From Cyanobacteria bacterium P01_G01_bin.19 (GTDB lineage: Bacteria; Cyanobacteriota; Cyanobacteriia; Cyanobacteriales; Xenococcaceae): a stretch of DNA of 57,887 nucleotides. The DNA lies in NCBI GenBank assembly GCA_039181635.1, contig JBCDCO010000001.1:1-57887 (forward strand). The letters are read 5' to 3'. Positions 56,897 to 57,887 of this stretch are shown here, piece by piece. Position 1 is the first letter of the stretch; the number at the start of each line of letters is the position of its first letter. Under the pieces are notes generated by a model. The model was not told the origin of the DNA. It did no database searches and was given only the letters and a program-made list of their open reading frames with translations. A program made the position numbers and the translations under genes.

Positions 56897-57887
56897 TTAG
56901 CTTGAAGCAATCATCTCGTTGAGAACGGTTTCAACTCGCTCCACTTGTTTGGGTGCTTCTATCTGTCGAAATAATTTAACTGCACGGCGAAGAAAGTAAA
57001 TACTCTTGTTCGCCTGTTTTTTTTGCTTTAAAGTTATTCCCAGCTGAAAATAAGCTTCTGCCAGATCGCATTTTGCATCTATTTTCTCTAGCGATTCTAT
57101 GGCTTGATGGTGATAGTATTCTGCTTCCTCTAGGTTATTCCTATGACGCTCTACATTGCCCAACCCAGTTAATGATTTTGCTTTTATTTGAGTAAAGTTA
57201 CCCTCTTGAGAAAAGAGAATTGTTTTTTGCCAAACAGCTTTTGCCGATGCGATGCGCTGATAATTAAATAATATCTGACCTAAAATCTGCATAAAGTAGG
57301 CAAATCTACCAGTGTTGTATGCTTCGTTTTCTAGCTCGATAATTTGATGATATAAATGCTCCACAATCGCGTTCGACGAATCAAAGCCAATCAAGTGAGA
57401 ACGAACCAAAGCTAGACCCAAAGAAGCTTTTTCCGACCAAGAATGATGTTTGGTATGACTGGCTAGATCGATTACTTGTTTAAATAAATCTGCTGCTGCA
57501 GCTAGTTCCCACAGGTCGATATTATAGAGTCCCCAGCTAAGAAGCGAATCCACTTCTAACATTCGCCAGTAGTAAAGTTCGTGTTCGCTATCTGGCGTGG
57601 CAGAAATTGACTGCAAACAATTTTGACTGATCGCGATCGCTTTTTGCTGACAAGAGATCGCTCGATAAACCTTTCCTGTCGTCCAGTATAAATCGCCCAG
57701 AATATTGTTTAATTCGCTGCGATAGCGAGGATATTCGACTTTGTCAATGATGCCCTCAATGGCAGTTAATAAAGGCTGGATAATTCCCAAGCGGTACATA
57801 GTCGTTCCCAAAGTCAAAAATTGACCCCATTGGTTTTCTCTGCCGTGCAAGATTACTTTAGCTGCCAAATCATAGTCAGAAGTCTCA
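56897..57887 (-). CDS. TPR-repeat protein, C-terminal part (5' end beyond window)
   Basis: TPR patterns (LGDLYW.TG..AI..QQKA, LAEAYFQLG.T); frame stays open to the window edge (ETSDYDLAAKV). Confidence 0.75.
   Translation of the reverse strand, partial: ETSDYDLAAKVILHGRENQWGQFLTLGTTMYRLGIIQPLLTAIEGIIDKVEYPRYRSELNNILGDLYWTTGKVYRAISCQQKAIAISQNCLQSISATPDSEHELYYWRMLEVDSLLSWGLYNIDLWELAAAADLFKQVIDLASHTKHHSWSEKASLGLALVRSHLIGFDSSNAIVEHLYHQIIELENEAYNTGRFAYFMQILGQILFNYQRIASAKAVWQKTILFSQEGNFTQIKAKSLTGLGNVERHRNNLEEAEYYHHQAIESLEKIDAKCDLAEAYFQLGITLKQKKQANKSIYFLRRAVKLFRQIEAPKQVERVETVLNEMIASS

Larger units (their letters stand above)
1539..57640. repeat. Dispersed HIP1 octamer GCGATCGC (many copies)
   Basis: Seen repeatedly, e.g. 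near 1539, 3234, 6517, 12330, 18836, several in 22000-23900, 55159, 55184; hallmark of cyanobacterial DNA; not counted exactly. Confidence 0.95.

Noticed and set aside
1-57887. CRISPR array, tRNA or rRNA
   Set aside because: No repeat-spacer pattern, cloverleaf or rRNA-like sequence seen; the CHAT/sigma module has no cas genes nearby in this window

Overview
Cyanobacterial chromosomal window (HIP1 GCGATCGC octamers throughout; psbV, psbO, sigF and a phycobiliprotein lyase present; no rRNA, tRNA or CRISPR seen). The left third is a surface/EPS region. It holds a giant LamG/sugar-dehydrogenase/Ig protein, a cyanoexosortase A-HpsJ-Wzc-Wzm/Wzt-STELLO cluster, a zincin and a divergent operon of three secreted proteins. 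The middle holds two histidine kinases, a decayed ABC/AraC/DUF433 patch, housekeeping genes, a second Wzc, an IS630 remnant and a degenerate SucCD pair. The most notable element is a tight minus-strand four-gene unit at 41038-45485. It encodes an ECF-like sigma-type protein, a DUF1822 protein, a membrane CHAT (caspase-like) protease with a CHASE2 sensor, and a 56-aa membrane protein missed by the ORF track. I infer a protease-triggered sigma/anti-sigma signalling system. All family calls come from motif recognition by eye; no searches were run.
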